32,000 nucleotides of DNA from Acaryochloris marina S15 (lineage in GTDB: Bacteria; Cyanobacteriota; Cyanobacteriia; Thermosynechococcales; Thermosynechococcaceae). The notes under the pieces are model-generated. The model saw only the letters and a list, made by a program, of their open reading frames with translations, searched no databases and was not told the origin of the DNA. The stretch covers positions 3,420,001-3,452,000 of the forward strand of contig NZ_CP064923.1 in the NCBI RefSeq assembly GCF_018336915.1. The letters are read 5' to 3'. This document shows, piece by piece, positions 1-9,611 of this stretch. A program made the translations under genes and the position numbers. Within the stretch, counting starts at the first letter, position 1. Each line of letters begins with the position of its first letter.

Positions 1-263
1 GGTAAGAAGAGTAATCAATTTAACCTCATAATTTTTTGCCATATTTTAGCAGTATTTTGAAATTTACTTTCCATAATCTCTCTAATTAGCTTAATTAAAA
101 TTACTTCATAAAAGCTCGAATCAAGTCTTGCAATTAGCTAAAAATAACTATTATTATTTTTCTGATTATTTCAATAACTTAAAAATATATTCATCCCTTT
201 TTACGACTTTCATAAATATATCTAAAAGGTGCATAGCATCAATTTCATTGACCTTTTCATGCA

Positions 264-845
264 TTGAGTTCTATGTTTAGGCTTGATTATCCCCCTCTTG
301 CTAACTGGGCTGGATTTATTGCTGCCCTGCTGTATGTCATTACTTTATTGCCCACTATCTTAAGGGTGGTATTTCCATCTACTAAAACAACAGGTATTCC
401 TAAAAGCTTGCTAATTCAGCGCCGACTTCTTGGGATTATTGCTTTTTTAATGTCTGTCATCCACGGATACTGGCTAGTCTCTAAGAGAGAACTCGACTTT
501 TTAGACTTCCAAACTTATTGGATTTATTGCCAGGGAATTATTACGTTTCTCATATTTACTTTACTCGCAATCACCTCTAATGACTGGAGTGTAAAAAAGC
601 TTAAAAAGAACTGGAAAAAGCTTCATCAACTCACTTACTTTGCAATGTTCTTGCTGTTGTGGCATGTTATCGACAAAATGTGGGGCCATTGGACTTGGGT
701 AACCCCACCATCCCTAGTCATAACAGGGGCAATTACGATTTTATTTTTAGTTCGAATGATTCGTGAAAATCATCAATCAGATAAGCCCAAAGGGCAGAAT
801 CCTGAGTCACCAGCAACCAAAGAAACGGCCTCCAAAACTGACTAA
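264..845 (+). CDS. Small polytopic membrane protein, tentatively ferric-reductase-like / MsrQ-like heme-b transmembrane domain
   Basis: 193-aa ORF (TTG at 264, first ATG at 273). It has several hydrophobic helices with intramembrane His residues (SVIHGYW, LLWHVIDK), as in the ferric reductase-like TM family. The family call comes from the motif pattern only. Confidence 0.45.
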   Translation: MSSMFRLDYPPLANWAGFIAALLYVITLLPTILRVVFPSTKTTGIPKSLLIQRRLLGIIAFLMSVIHGYWLVSKRELDFLDFQTYWIYCQGIITFLIFTLLAITSNDWSVKKLKKNWKKLHQLTYFAMFLLLWHVIDKMWGHWTWVTPPSLVITGAITILFLVRMIRENHQSDKPKGQNPESPATKETASKTD

Positions 846-901
846 TGGATGGCTGCTTGTAATCACTCAATCACCCTCAACCATTTACTAGGAAAAATAA
901 A

Positions 902-1942
902 ATGGCAAAAACCACTCAAAAAAAGAACTGGGTACTGTTCCTTTTGATGTCTACTGCAGCCACTTTATATGGACTGAGAGCCCATGAGCAGCTAGGCCGT
1001 ACCGTTGCTTATCAAGCTGCACCATCTCAGTCTATATCGACCATTCACAAGACCCTGCAAACGCTAAAAAATAATAGTGTATGGATCTATGCGATCGCAC
1101 TCAGTCCCGATGGTGAAACCTTGGCGAGTGGGCGCTATGACGGCAAGATTGAGCTATGGAATTTACGCACTGGCACCTTACGTCAAACCCTGAAAGCTCA
1201 TGAAGATGCCGTCTCATCTTTAACAATCAGTGCTGATGGCCAAACATTAATCAGCGGTAGCTGGGATAACCGCATTAATTTATGGGACTTACACACTGGG
1301 AACCATCTGCATACTCTAGAAGATGCAGCAGATGATGTTACTGCCATCGCCCTCAGTCCAGACGGCAAATCCTTGGCTGCCAGTGCTGCAGATAAAACTA
1401 TCAGACTCTGGGATTTGAAGTCGAGCAGTCAACTGCAGGTCCAGAAAGCCCCCACTGTCGTTCTGTCTTTAGCCTTTAGTCCTGATGGGCAGGTTCTAGC
1501 TGGGGGGAGCCGGGATGGTGTCGTACGGTTCTGGCAGCGGGATAGTCTTTCTCCTAGAGTTGCCCTAGAGGGACATCAGGGTGCGGTACAGTCGGTCTCC
1601 TTTAGTCCCGATGGCACCTTATTGGCCAGTGGCAGTGAAGACCAGAGCATGAAAGTTTGGCATCTCTCCGAAGGGAAACTCCTGCATACCCTCCAGGGCC
1701 ATAATGCACCTGTCTTATCGGTTGCCTTTAGTCCAGATGGCCGCAACTTAGCCAGTGGGAGTTATGACCGCACCATTAAAATTTGGAATCCTGTATCCGG
1801 TCGGCCCCTCAAAAATTTGGTCGGACATACCAAGTCAGTGCAATCGATCCAATTTAGTCCGGATAGTCAAACCTTAGTGAGTTCCGGCAGTGATGCCACC
1901 GTAAGAGTTTGGCCGATTGTGGCAGCGACGGCTCTCCAGTAA
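902..1942 (+). CDS. WD40 repeat protein with N-terminal hydrophobic anchor/signal
   Basis: 346-aa ORF with about seven tandem units of the form SPDGxxLASGSxDxTIKxW (for example LSPDGETLASGRYDGKIELWNL, FSPDGTLLASGSEDQSMKVWHL, FSPDGRNLASGSYDRTIKIWNP). The N-terminus WVLFLLMSTAATLYGL is hydrophobic. Confidence 0.85.
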   Translation: MAKTTQKKNWVLFLLMSTAATLYGLRAHEQLGRTVAYQAAPSQSISTIHKTLQTLKNNSVWIYAIALSPDGETLASGRYDGKIELWNLRTGTLRQTLKAHEDAVSSLTISADGQTLISGSWDNRINLWDLHTGNHLHTLEDAADDVTAIALSPDGKSLAASAADKTIRLWDLKSSSQLQVQKAPTVVLSLAFSPDGQVLAGGSRDGVVRFWQRDSLSPRVALEGHQGAVQSVSFSPDGTLLASGSEDQSMKVWHLSEGKLLHTLQGHNAPVLSVAFSPDGRNLASGSYDRTIKIWNPVSGRPLKNLVGHTKSVQSIQFSPDSQTLVSSGSDATVRVWPIVAATALQ

Positions 1943-1987
1943 CCCGTGATCAAACGCCCACGGCTGCAGCGAGTTTGCATGCTGTCT

Positions 1988-2011
1988 TCACTGGCCTAAA
2001 AAGGCCAGTGA
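1988..2011 (+). terminator. Stem-loop 46 nt downstream of the WD40 gene (possible terminator)
   Basis: Perfect 9-bp stem tcactggcc (1988-1996) / ggccagtga (2003-2011) with loop taaaaa. No U-tract follows it, so it is only weakly terminator-like. Confidence 0.25.
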
Positions 2012-2278
2012 GCTGGAACACAGAGCCTCAAAATCCAGTCAGATAAAATGATAGAGCGGTTTAAAAGTTAGGGAACAGTAAATAAGGAAACTAGTTAACT
2101 GGATGACTTGGATGCATTTTATAATCCTGGAGTCTTCAGATCATTCACTAGTCTTAAAGCGTCCACAATCTGGAGACAGAGCTTCGTCTTGAGCATTGCT
2201 ATGGAGGTAGGCTCCAGTTCCTTTCCCTAAGTTACCACTCAAAATTTATCTTGTTCTGTAGAGGTCTCAATCGACGGT

Positions 2279-2998
2279 ATGTCTAAGATATTGTCCCGAA
2301 GTATGCCCTTGTTAGCGAAAAGTATTGCGATCGCATCTATTGCTGGAATTTGCTCACAAGCGCTACCAAGCTATGCCGGGTTTAATCCGGGGGGCACCGT
2401 CGGCAAGCCTGGAAATCGGCGGGGATTAGCTACCCGAGGCGGTGGTTGTAAGGCTAGCGGCAACCCAACTTTAACGACATTGGTTCCTAAAAACAATGTA
2501 GGTTTGACCGCATCAGCAACCCCAACCTTCTACTGGTTTATCCCCAGCAATACCTATCAATACGTCAACTTCTCCCTGTACAAGGTGGATGCCGAAGATA
2601 ACCCTACGGATTTGGTCTATGCATCGACATCCCAAATTTCCGGTGAAGGGGGATTGGCCAGTGTCTCTTTACCAGAGCAAGGGACTACTCAAACGTTAGA
2701 AGCGGGTAAGAGCTATCGCTGGATGGTGCGACTGCTCTGTTCCGGCAATGATCGCCGGGGACTCTCTGCCACCGGATGGATTACCTACAGCCCACCTAGC
2801 CCCCAGTTGTCCAATCAGTTAACGGCCCAACCGGAAAATAAGGCCGATGTCTATGGTGAGGCTGGCTATTGGTATGACGCGGTGAAAGAGCTTGCACTGC
2901 AAAAACAAGCCAATCCCAACAGTCCTGGGGTAAACCTGGCTTGGAAAGCGCTGATGGAATCGGAGTTTGTCCAGCTCAACCAACTGGCTGCTCTGTAA
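2279..2998 (+). CDS. DUF928 domain-containing secreted protein
   Basis: 239-aa ORF with an N-terminal signal-like segment (LLAKSIAIASIAGICSQALPSYA). Motifs PTFYWFIP, YRWMVRLLC and GYWYDAVKELA match my memory of the cyanobacterial DUF928 family. Confidence 0.65.
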   Translation: MSKILSRSMPLLAKSIAIASIAGICSQALPSYAGFNPGGTVGKPGNRRGLATRGGGCKASGNPTLTTLVPKNNVGLTASATPTFYWFIPSNTYQYVNFSLYKVDAEDNPTDLVYASTSQISGEGGLASVSLPEQGTTQTLEAGKSYRWMVRLLCSGNDRRGLSATGWITYSPPSPQLSNQLTAQPENKADVYGEAGYWYDAVKELALQKQANPNSPGVNLAWKALMESEFVQLNQLAAL

Positions 2999-3030
2999 AG
3001 GATTAGGCTTTTCCAGTCGCCATAAAATAG

Positions 3031-4608
3031 CTAAATATTTAAGCCCTGAACCGTTTCAGTTGGTGGATATTCAACGGTGAAGTGATACTCAATCACCTGG
3101 CGTTGCTGAGGGGCTAGAGCCAAGGTCCAATCCAACTGGCCCAGTTCACCACACTCAATTCTGGGCTGGCTCTGGGTGAGTCGGACTTTGAGGCGCTCGT
3201 CTCGACTCACGGGGAGTTGTTCCGTTAACTGTAGCTTGGCTGCTTGTTCCAGGAAATTAGTCACCGTTAGACGATAGGCAAAGGTAATCCGGCGCTGGCC
3301 TCCGATCAGTTTTTTATCGACCTGGCGTTCTACCAGCTCTCGCTCTACCCCCAGCCCTTCGTCAATGCCCAGATCGGTCTTGAATTCCTGCCCTGGAGCT
3401 GTATGGTCCAGCTGGGCAGTGCCGACAAACATCCGATCGCGAAAAATATTCGCTTTGCCGGGCAAGAGGGTAACACCATCCATAGGATTTTTTACGGTGG
3501 CCTGGAGATAGGCAAAACTCACCCGACTCGGCATGGCAATATGCTGGCAATCCACGGGATAGTCTTGATTCGCTAGAGTGACGGTATGGGGGTTGCCATC
3601 GCTAGGAATATCACTATTGCCCCCAATGCGAAAGGAGACCACGGTTCCCGATTTAGAGATATCTGCTGTGGCCACTTGGGCCTTATTCTTCCGGGCTGGG
3701 CTAGGCGGCGCTGCTGCTTTGATGTCGACTCCTACTGCTAGGGCTGGCATAGGTGCAGAGGGCTTTCGCCGTTTAAGCATTTCCACTTGTTGAGGTAAGG
3801 CGATAAACCATGGCTCCAATTTGGGGGGTAAGGAGCCTAATCCCGGCTTAGCGGTGGATAAGGTTAAGGCAACGGCATTCCAGCTTTCTCCTGTGGTCTG
3901 TTCCACTTCAGCTAGATAGGCTAGGCCAAGCACGCCTGTTTCAGTATTGAACTGCAAATCATAAAGGGGATGCCACTGGGCCTGGTTGACTCGATAACTG
4001 ACTTCTAAATCCAGTTTGCCTACTGCTGGGGCAATTTTGATGACTAGATGATAGCGCTCATGAGGGCGGCGGGTTTGTAACTTCTGGAGCTGATCTTCTA
4101 GCAATTGCAGCTGCTGCTGAAGGGTTTCTTGCTGTCCCTGAATACGGGTAATGGCATCGCGATAGGTTTCATATTGCTCTCCCCAAAACTCGAATAGGGC
4201 ATGGGTTTCGGTTAGGGTTTGCTGTTTGACGATCTGCTTCGATAGGGTGGGGATGGCTTTTTCACTCAGGGCTTCCACTGCCTTTAATTTCAGCTTCACT
4301 GCCTCTAACTGATCCTGATATCGCCGTTGCTGTCGCTGCAGCTTTTTGATCTGTGTTTCTAAGTGAGCAACTTCCGGGGCCACTGATTCAAGAGTAGCCA
4401 ACAATTCTGTTCTCACCCCCAGTATCTGAACCTCCTGGGTACTCGCCCCTGAGACTCGCACTGAATCCGTCTGTAAGGTCATGGGGAAATCAGGAATGAG
4501 GAGTTCCTGTTCATTCCCTGTCAACTCAACCGTCCCTTGGCGGGTGATTTGGGCCTGACGACTAAAGACGGTAACCGCCGTAATCTGAGTATCAATGGTG
4601 GTTTGCAT
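3031..4608 (-). CDS. DUF4139 / mucoidy inhibitor MuiA family protein
   Basis: 525-aa ORF. The N-terminus ITAVTVFSRQAQITRQGTVEL is DUF4140-like. The centre is a long coiled-coil (LQRQQRRYQDQLEAVKLKLKAVE ... LQQQLQLLEDQLQKLQ) and the C-terminus is a beta-rich domain. This architecture is typical of MuiA-family proteins. Confidence 0.65.
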   Translation of the reverse strand: MQTTIDTQITAVTVFSRQAQITRQGTVELTGNEQELLIPDFPMTLQTDSVRVSGASTQEVQILGVRTELLATLESVAPEVAHLETQIKKLQRQQRRYQDQLEAVKLKLKAVEALSEKAIPTLSKQIVKQQTLTETHALFEFWGEQYETYRDAITRIQGQQETLQQQLQLLEDQLQKLQTRRPHERYHLVIKIAPAVGKLDLEVSYRVNQAQWHPLYDLQFNTETGVLGLAYLAEVEQTTGESWNAVALTLSTAKPGLGSLPPKLEPWFIALPQQVEMLKRRKPSAPMPALAVGVDIKAAAPPSPARKNKAQVATADISKSGTVVSFRIGGNSDIPSDGNPHTVTLANQDYPVDCQHIAMPSRVSFAYLQATVKNPMDGVTLLPGKANIFRDRMFVGTAQLDHTAPGQEFKTDLGIDEGLGVERELVERQVDKKLIGGQRRITFAYRLTVTNFLEQAAKLQLTEQLPVSRDERLKVRLTQSQPRIECGELGQLDWTLALAPQQRQVIEYHFTVEYPPTETVQGLNI

Positions 4609-4779
4609 GAGTACTTTATGAGGAGATGATTCGGGATAGAGGGGCGTTCAGTTCAGAGATTAAGGGTATTGCCCGTTCCACACCCTAGCACTATGTGAGT
4701 TATCCTAAATCCCATCAATACCCGAAAATCGTTCTGAAGATACTCCCAACAGTCAGATTTTCCAGAAGAAGAGGTAGGT

Positions 4780-6498
4780 ATGGAGAAATGCGATCGCACA
4801 TTCAGTTACGTGGCTGACATGACGGATCTTTCCGCATCAAACTGTCATGTTGTCTATGTGGACGGTAACGCCATTGCCCTGTTCCGGCAACAGGATCAGA
4901 TTTTTGCCATCGATAACCGCTGTCCCCATATGGGGTTTCCCCTCCATAAAGGCACCGCCCAGGATGGCATTCTGATTTGCCACTGGCACCATGCTCGCTT
5001 TGATTTAGCCAGTGGGGGCACCTTTGATCTATGGGCAGATGATGTCCAGTCTTTTCCCGTGGAGATTCGCGAGGGCCAGATTTGGGTGGATCTGACCACA
5101 CCTCAAGATCGAAAAGCCTATTATCGACAGCGCCTCACGGATGGCTTGGAGCAGAGCATTTCCCTGGTGATTGCGAAGTCTGTATTGGCATTACTGGCCT
5201 TGGGAGTCGATTCGGCTGAACTGATTGAAATCGGGTTAGCCTTTGGCAGCCGCTATCGTCGGGCGGGTTGGGGAGCAGGACTAACAATCTTGACCTGCAT
5301 GGCCAATCTTTTACCCTATCTAGATGAGGAGGATCGGTCGTTAGCCCTGTATCACGGGTTAAGTGCGGTCGCTCGGGATTGTGCAGGGTCGCCTCCTCGA
5401 TTTGACATTCAGCCCCTACCGCAAACAACGACTGAGTTTGCCACCCTCAAAGGCTGGTTTCGGGAGTTCGTAGAGGTTCGAGATCAGCAAGGGGCCGAAC
5501 GCTGTCTAGTCTCCGCCATTCGGAGTGGAGCGGCCCCTGAGAAAATTGCTGAGATGCTCTTTGCGGCTGCCACGGATCATCGGTTTCTGGATGGGGGCCA
5601 TACCCTGGACTTTACCAATAAAGCCCTAGAAGCCTTGGATGTGGTGGGTTGGCACCAGGCCGAGTCCATTTTGCCTAGCTTAGTGCGGGGGTATACGGAT
5701 GCTGAACGGATGGAAGAGTCTAGTGCCTGGCGCAGTCCCGTTGATTTGGTGGCTCTTTTGGAGCAGACCTTTGCCAAGCTGCCGCAAATCTATCAGGCTT
5801 CCCAGCAGACGCCAGTGGATCAAGCGGCTTTAATCCCGATCCTTTTAGGGGATGATCCAGCCCTGATCATTGAAGAATTGCTCAAAGCGATTCAGAACGG
5901 ATGCAGGGATGTTGAGTTGGCTCAGGTGGTCACCTATGCGGCTGCTAGACGGGTAGCTCAGTTCAGCATCAACAATGATTTTCGAGATTGGGATATTGCC
6001 CATCACACCTTTACCTTCGCCAATGCCGTTTGTCAGGGGCTGCGGCGGGTTCCTTCTGTCACTCTCTTGCGAGGGGTCTTTGATACAGCGATGCGGATTT
6101 ATCTCAATCGGTTTTTGAATATTCCTCCGGTTCCTTTGCCTCGTCCTGCTAACCAGGAACCTACCCTGACCGAACTTCCTGACTTACTCGATCGTCAGCA
6201 GCAGGTGAAGGCGGTGGGTGAGGTGGTGGCTCAATTTCAATTCAATGGGGGTAAGACACCACACCTACTGACTGAACTAGGGAAACTCCTACTACGGGAA
6301 GATCGCAATTTCCACACCATCCAGGAAATAGAGGCTGCGGTTCACCAGTATGAACAGTGGTCAGATCCGAGCACCCGTCCTTATTGGTTAGTTGCCGCCT
6401 CTCGCTACTTGGCTGCCCATGCCCCCACCGCCAGAGCCCAAGGCCAAACCTATCGAATTGCCCACCGACTTCAGCAGGGGGATCAGGTCTTTGAATAG
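4780..6498 (+). CDS. Rieske [2Fe-2S] domain protein with a large uncharacterised C-terminal helical domain
   Basis: 572-aa ORF. It has a canonical Rieske ligand pattern, C48-P-H50 x16 C67-H-W-H70 (CPHMGFPLH...CHWHHARF, nt 4921-4989). I recognise no family in the remaining ~450 aa. The true start may be the internal Met at MTDLSAS. Confidence 0.8.
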   Translation: MEKCDRTFSYVADMTDLSASNCHVVYVDGNAIALFRQQDQIFAIDNRCPHMGFPLHKGTAQDGILICHWHHARFDLASGGTFDLWADDVQSFPVEIREGQIWVDLTTPQDRKAYYRQRLTDGLEQSISLVIAKSVLALLALGVDSAELIEIGLAFGSRYRRAGWGAGLTILTCMANLLPYLDEEDRSLALYHGLSAVARDCAGSPPRFDIQPLPQTTTEFATLKGWFREFVEVRDQQGAERCLVSAIRSGAAPEKIAEMLFAAATDHRFLDGGHTLDFTNKALEALDVVGWHQAESILPSLVRGYTDAERMEESSAWRSPVDLVALLEQTFAKLPQIYQASQQTPVDQAALIPILLGDDPALIIEELLKAIQNGCRDVELAQVVTYAAARRVAQFSINNDFRDWDIAHHTFTFANAVCQGLRRVPSVTLLRGVFDTAMRIYLNRFLNIPPVPLPRPANQEPTLTELPDLLDRQQQVKAVGEVVAQFQFNGGKTPHLLTELGKLLLREDRNFHTIQEIEAAVHQYEQWSDPSTRPYWLVAASRYLAAHAPTARAQGQTYRIAHRLQQGDQVFE

Positions 6499-6501
6499 GA
6501 G

Positions 6502-7383
6502 ATGGATATGAGATTGATTGGATGGTCTATCAGTATGTCTTTGGCCATGAGCTTGGGATTGTGTTCCGCTCCATCTCAACTCTCACCGCAGCCACCACCC
6601 CCGCCTCCCACCATGCAATATCAAAAGCAAGAATTGTCGAAGGCAATCGTCCATGTCCTGCGGATTCCGAACCACCCTCGCTATACTGTTCGTCTTGATG
6701 TAGCAGACGGTCTCCAAACCGTAGTTAATTTTGCTCAAGGCACGTCCAAACCCGTCGCCGTCATTAATGGGGGGTACTTTGACCCCGCTAATCAGAAAAC
6801 CACATCCTATATTCGTCGAGGGGGTCAAATTCTGGCTGACCCAACGCAAAATTCAAGACTGGTCGACAATCCAGATCTCCAAGCCTATCTCCCCAAAATC
6901 CTCAATCGTTCTGAATTTCGGCAGTATCAATGTGGTTCTGAGGTTACCTATGCCATTACGCTGTTCAAGCAGCCTGTCCCTCCCGATTGCACCCTTACTT
7001 ATGCCCTCGGGGCGGGGCCTCAGTTACTCCCCCAACTGACGGCCCAAGGGGAAGGATTTACGGATTCGGTGGATGGCCAGGTGGTTCGAGATGCCATTGG
7101 CAGTCGTCAGCCTAATGCCAGAAGCGCGGTCGGTATTACCAAAGCGGGAGGTGTGATCTGGGTAATGGTGGAGCAGTCCTCGACAAAGCTAGGGCTCTCT
7201 TTACCTGAGCTAGCCGACTTTATGAAACAGCAGGGAGCAGAGTCTGCCTTAAATCTTGACGGGGGCAGTTCATCTTCCCTGGTCTATCAAGATCAGGTGA
7301 TTACTGGTAAGAGCTTGCGGGGAGAGACCCTGCTTCGCCCCGTGAAGTCAGTTTTGATGGTGCTGGATAACGCACCTAAATAA
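6502..7383 (+). CDS. Phosphodiester glycosidase family protein (DUF2233-like), secreted
   Basis: 293-aa ORF starting 3 nt after the Rieske stop codon. It has a signal-like N-terminus followed by a PPPPPPP linker. INGGYFD and ALNLDGGSSSSL are the characteristic motifs of the phosphodiester glycosidase family. Confidence 0.65.
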   Translation: MDMRLIGWSISMSLAMSLGLCSAPSQLSPQPPPPPPTMQYQKQELSKAIVHVLRIPNHPRYTVRLDVADGLQTVVNFAQGTSKPVAVINGGYFDPANQKTTSYIRRGGQILADPTQNSRLVDNPDLQAYLPKILNRSEFRQYQCGSEVTYAITLFKQPVPPDCTLTYALGAGPQLLPQLTAQGEGFTDSVDGQVVRDAIGSRQPNARSAVGITKAGGVIWVMVEQSSTKLGLSLPELADFMKQQGAESALNLDGGSSSSLVYQDQVITGKSLRGETLLRPVKSVLMVLDNAPK

Positions 7384-7411
7384 AGCTGTAATTAATAGGT
7401 AGGACATGGAA

Positions 7412-7696
7412 CTAGCGGATTGGATGATAAACCTTGATACTGCCTTGAGCAATCAGAGGTCGGAGAATTTCATCCGTTAGCTGAGTTTCAGGCTCTGCAG
7501 GGGTGGGGGGTTGGAGCTGGGATTCTAGTCTTGCGATCGCAACTTTCAATGCTGATGCGGTTCGATGATTCGTACAAGCTGCCAATTGATTACGAAGCTG
7601 TTCGATTTTGTCTATGGTTAACAGAGCCATCGGAGTCCACATAACAAAGGTTTCAGTGATCATTAAACCATTGAATGGACATGAATAGGCCTTCAA
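7412..7696 (-). CDS. Hypothetical small protein (short coiled-coil)
   Basis: 94-aa ORF convergent with the upstream gene. I recognise no motif. The likely real start is the internal MALLTIDKIEQLRNQL. Confidence 0.3.
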   Translation of the reverse strand: MKAYSCPFNGLMITETFVMWTPMALLTIDKIEQLRNQLAACTNHRTASALKVAIARLESQLQPPTPAEPETQLTDEILRPLIAQGSIKVYHPIR

Positions 7697-7929
7697 AGGA
7701 ACGTCCTTGAGAAAGGTTCAAACTATCACAAGACTAACCGTTTAAGAGCCTGGACAGACTCTCAGGATTGGCAGGCATTGGCCATCCCTTAAGTTCTTCT
7801 GCCTAAGGGCCGATTGAACTTGCTGAGTCCCACCCAAAATGTACGATATCCGCCGTTGTTGAGATTCTGAGCACGAATACAAGACCACATGCCAATCGGC
7901 TGTTTAAGATAGCCAATTGGTTCGAATTT

Positions 7930-8250
7930 CTAGGTACAGCTCTTGCTCTTAGTACAGCGAGTTTTGATAGGTGCAGAATGGCCTTGGTCAAACACATAGA
8001 AAGAGATAATTTCTGTCGTGGCTTTACGCCGTTTGGGGTTATGTTTACCTTTACGATTTTTGACCACGCATTTGGCTCGGATACTGCCAAAATGGCAATG
8101 CCCTTTAGCCCAATATCCATTGGCTTTGACATTAAACCCTTTTGTCTTCGCCTGGGTGGGGGCAGCTAAAGCTAAAAAGGCCAGAGTCACTGCGATACAA
8201 GCATCTCCACCGATCATAATCTTCTTCATGATGACGTCTCTTCTAACCAT
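7930..8250 (-). CDS. Small secreted, very basic, 4-Cys protein (hypothetical)
   Basis: 106-aa ORF with a probable start at the second ATG (8229), giving MKKIMIGGDACIAVTLAFLALAAPTQA|K. That is a classic signal peptide with an AxA-type cleavage site. The mature ~72 aa are rich in Lys/Arg and contain 4 Cys. Confidence 0.45.
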   Translation of the reverse strand: MVRRDVIMKKIMIGGDACIAVTLAFLALAAPTQAKTKGFNVKANGYWAKGHCHFGSIRAKCVVKNRKGKHNPKRRKATTEIISFYVFDQGHSAPIKTRCTKSKSCT

Positions 8251-8465
8251 TTAGCGGGGATCTGGGTTAACCCGAAATGAGTTCCCTTTGAGTGGTCCCC
8301 ACCTTTTGTAGGGGTGAAGTAAATTCGTGATGCAAGCTACGGAAAAACAGGTGGTGTTTTGCTTTGCTGTTAGCGGTCAATCCAACTTAATTTTTTAACA
8401 ACACAACCCTAGAAATATTTCTTATATTAAAGAGAAGTTTTCAGCTGATATGGCAAGAGGTAATT

Positions 8466-9524
8466 GTGTCTTTATACGCTGAGTTGCATCGACATTTGGG
8501 TGGATCAGTTGTGCCTCGGATTCTGTGGCGCTACTTCAAACGAAATCGCCCCGACTTGGCCCAACCCTTTTCGGACTATCCCCAGTTTGAAGAATTCTAC
8601 TGTCGGCCTCGGGAATCCCTGGCTGAATATCTAGAACTGCACACCTTGGTGGAAAGCGTTCAGACCCGCGAAACCCTGCCCTACTTTATCTCTCGATTGA
8701 TTCGAGGGGCTTACGTTTTTGAAAATCTGGCCTATATGGAGATGCGGTATACCCCCTATCTCCGCACCTCAGACCAGCTCAGCCAAACAGAACGCATTGA
8801 CCAAATGGCCGAGATTGTAGAAATTGTCGGTCAGGCGAGTCAGGTCAAAGAATATCCGATTGTCACCAGCCAAATTCTCTGTATGCATGCTCGTTTGCCC
8901 TACGAAGTGAACCGAGCCATTGTGGACATCGCTGCCCAATCCCCGGAGTATGTCTGTGGGATTGATTTAGCAGGTGGAGATGATTTGTATTGCGATCGCA
9001 TCGACGAATTTGTCGATCTCTATGCCTACGCCCGCTCTCACAATCTCAAAACCACTTGCCATCTCTACGAAACAGAAGGCGGTGCCCACCCCGAACTGCT
9101 GCCCTATCTGATGCGAATCGGTCATGGCATCCAGATTCCCTTGCAACATCCTGAACTTCTACCTGCCGTGGCCCAGCGTCGGCAATGTTTAGAGATTTGC
9201 CCCACCACTTACCTCAAAACCGGGACCCTACAAAGTATCCAGCAGCTAAAAGTCGTGTTTGACCGCTGTTTTGAAGCTGGGGTTGATGTGGCTATTTGCA
9301 CCGACAATGCCGGTCTTCACAATGTTCGCTTGCCCTTTGAATACGAAACCCTTCTCACCCAGGATGTCATTAGCTTTGCCCAGCTTAGAGCTTGCCAAGA
9401 GAATTCATTCCGCCATGCCTTTGCCTGGCCCCTGAATCAAGGACCAGCTGCTATTCTGAATGATGTTCTTAACTGGGCTCCTGCTGCACTTAACCCCAGT
9501 CGGGCGACGGTTGCCACATCCTAA
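8466..9524 (+). CDS. Adenosine/adenine deaminase family (amidohydrolase) protein
   Basis: 352-aa ORF with a GTG start. The N-terminal metal-binding signature ELHRHLGGS (HxH motif) and the late CTDNAG motif sit where the adenosine deaminase family has its Asp-containing metal/catalytic motif. Confidence 0.8.
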   Translation: MSLYAELHRHLGGSVVPRILWRYFKRNRPDLAQPFSDYPQFEEFYCRPRESLAEYLELHTLVESVQTRETLPYFISRLIRGAYVFENLAYMEMRYTPYLRTSDQLSQTERIDQMAEIVEIVGQASQVKEYPIVTSQILCMHARLPYEVNRAIVDIAAQSPEYVCGIDLAGGDDLYCDRIDEFVDLYAYARSHNLKTTCHLYETEGGAHPELLPYLMRIGHGIQIPLQHPELLPAVAQRRQCLEICPTTYLKTGTLQSIQQLKVVFDRCFEAGVDVAICTDNAGLHNVRLPFEYETLLTQDVISFAQLRACQENSFRHAFAWPLNQGPAAILNDVLNWAPAALNPSRATVATS

Positions 9525-9611
9525 TTTCCACAAAATCCTGGGAAATACAGTCGTTGAGCAGCGCAGACATCCAGCGTAGAACAGTTTGTTGAGACGCCAT
9601 CAGAGTAGTGA

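Noticed and set aside
1-42. Minus-strand ATG at 42-40 opening a frame (MAKNYEVKLITLLT) that runs off the left edge
   Set aside because: Only 14 codons are visible, which is too little to support a gene call. The adjacent 43-263 is very AT-rich non-coding sequence.
3362-3793. Short ORFs (62 aa minus strand, 71 aa plus strand) inside or antisense to the MuiA-like gene
   Set aside because: They are shadow ORFs within a well-supported 525-aa CDS. The same reasoning applies to the nested or antisense ORFs at 4802-5777, 6388-7039, 8967-9149, 9965-10690, 11987-12828, 13317-14437, 14639-14827, 16573-16785, 18225-18476, 24030-24534, 24692-25285, 25341-25977, 26985-27683, 27799-28236 and 30069-31220.
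7919-7927. ggttcgaat, resembling a tRNA T-loop
   Set aside because: The flanking bases cannot form a T-stem (no complementary 5-bp arms) and no acceptor or anticodon arms can be drawn. A similar ggttcgact near 11290 fails in the same way. I support no tRNA in this window.
7803-8254. Three further overlapping ORFs (7803-8132 minus; 7978-8169 and 8018-8254 plus) around the small secreted-protein gene
   Set aside because: They are mutually exclusive with one another. Only the 7930-8250 frame has a recognisable signal peptide, and the others have no motif or start context.
8251-8465. Possible purine riboswitch or other leader upstream of the adenosine deaminase family gene
   Set aside because: I could not find the conserved purine-riboswitch core (three-way junction with the loop-loop motifs) or any convincing stem architecture. 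The region is simply AT-rich promoter sequence shared with the divergent small gene.
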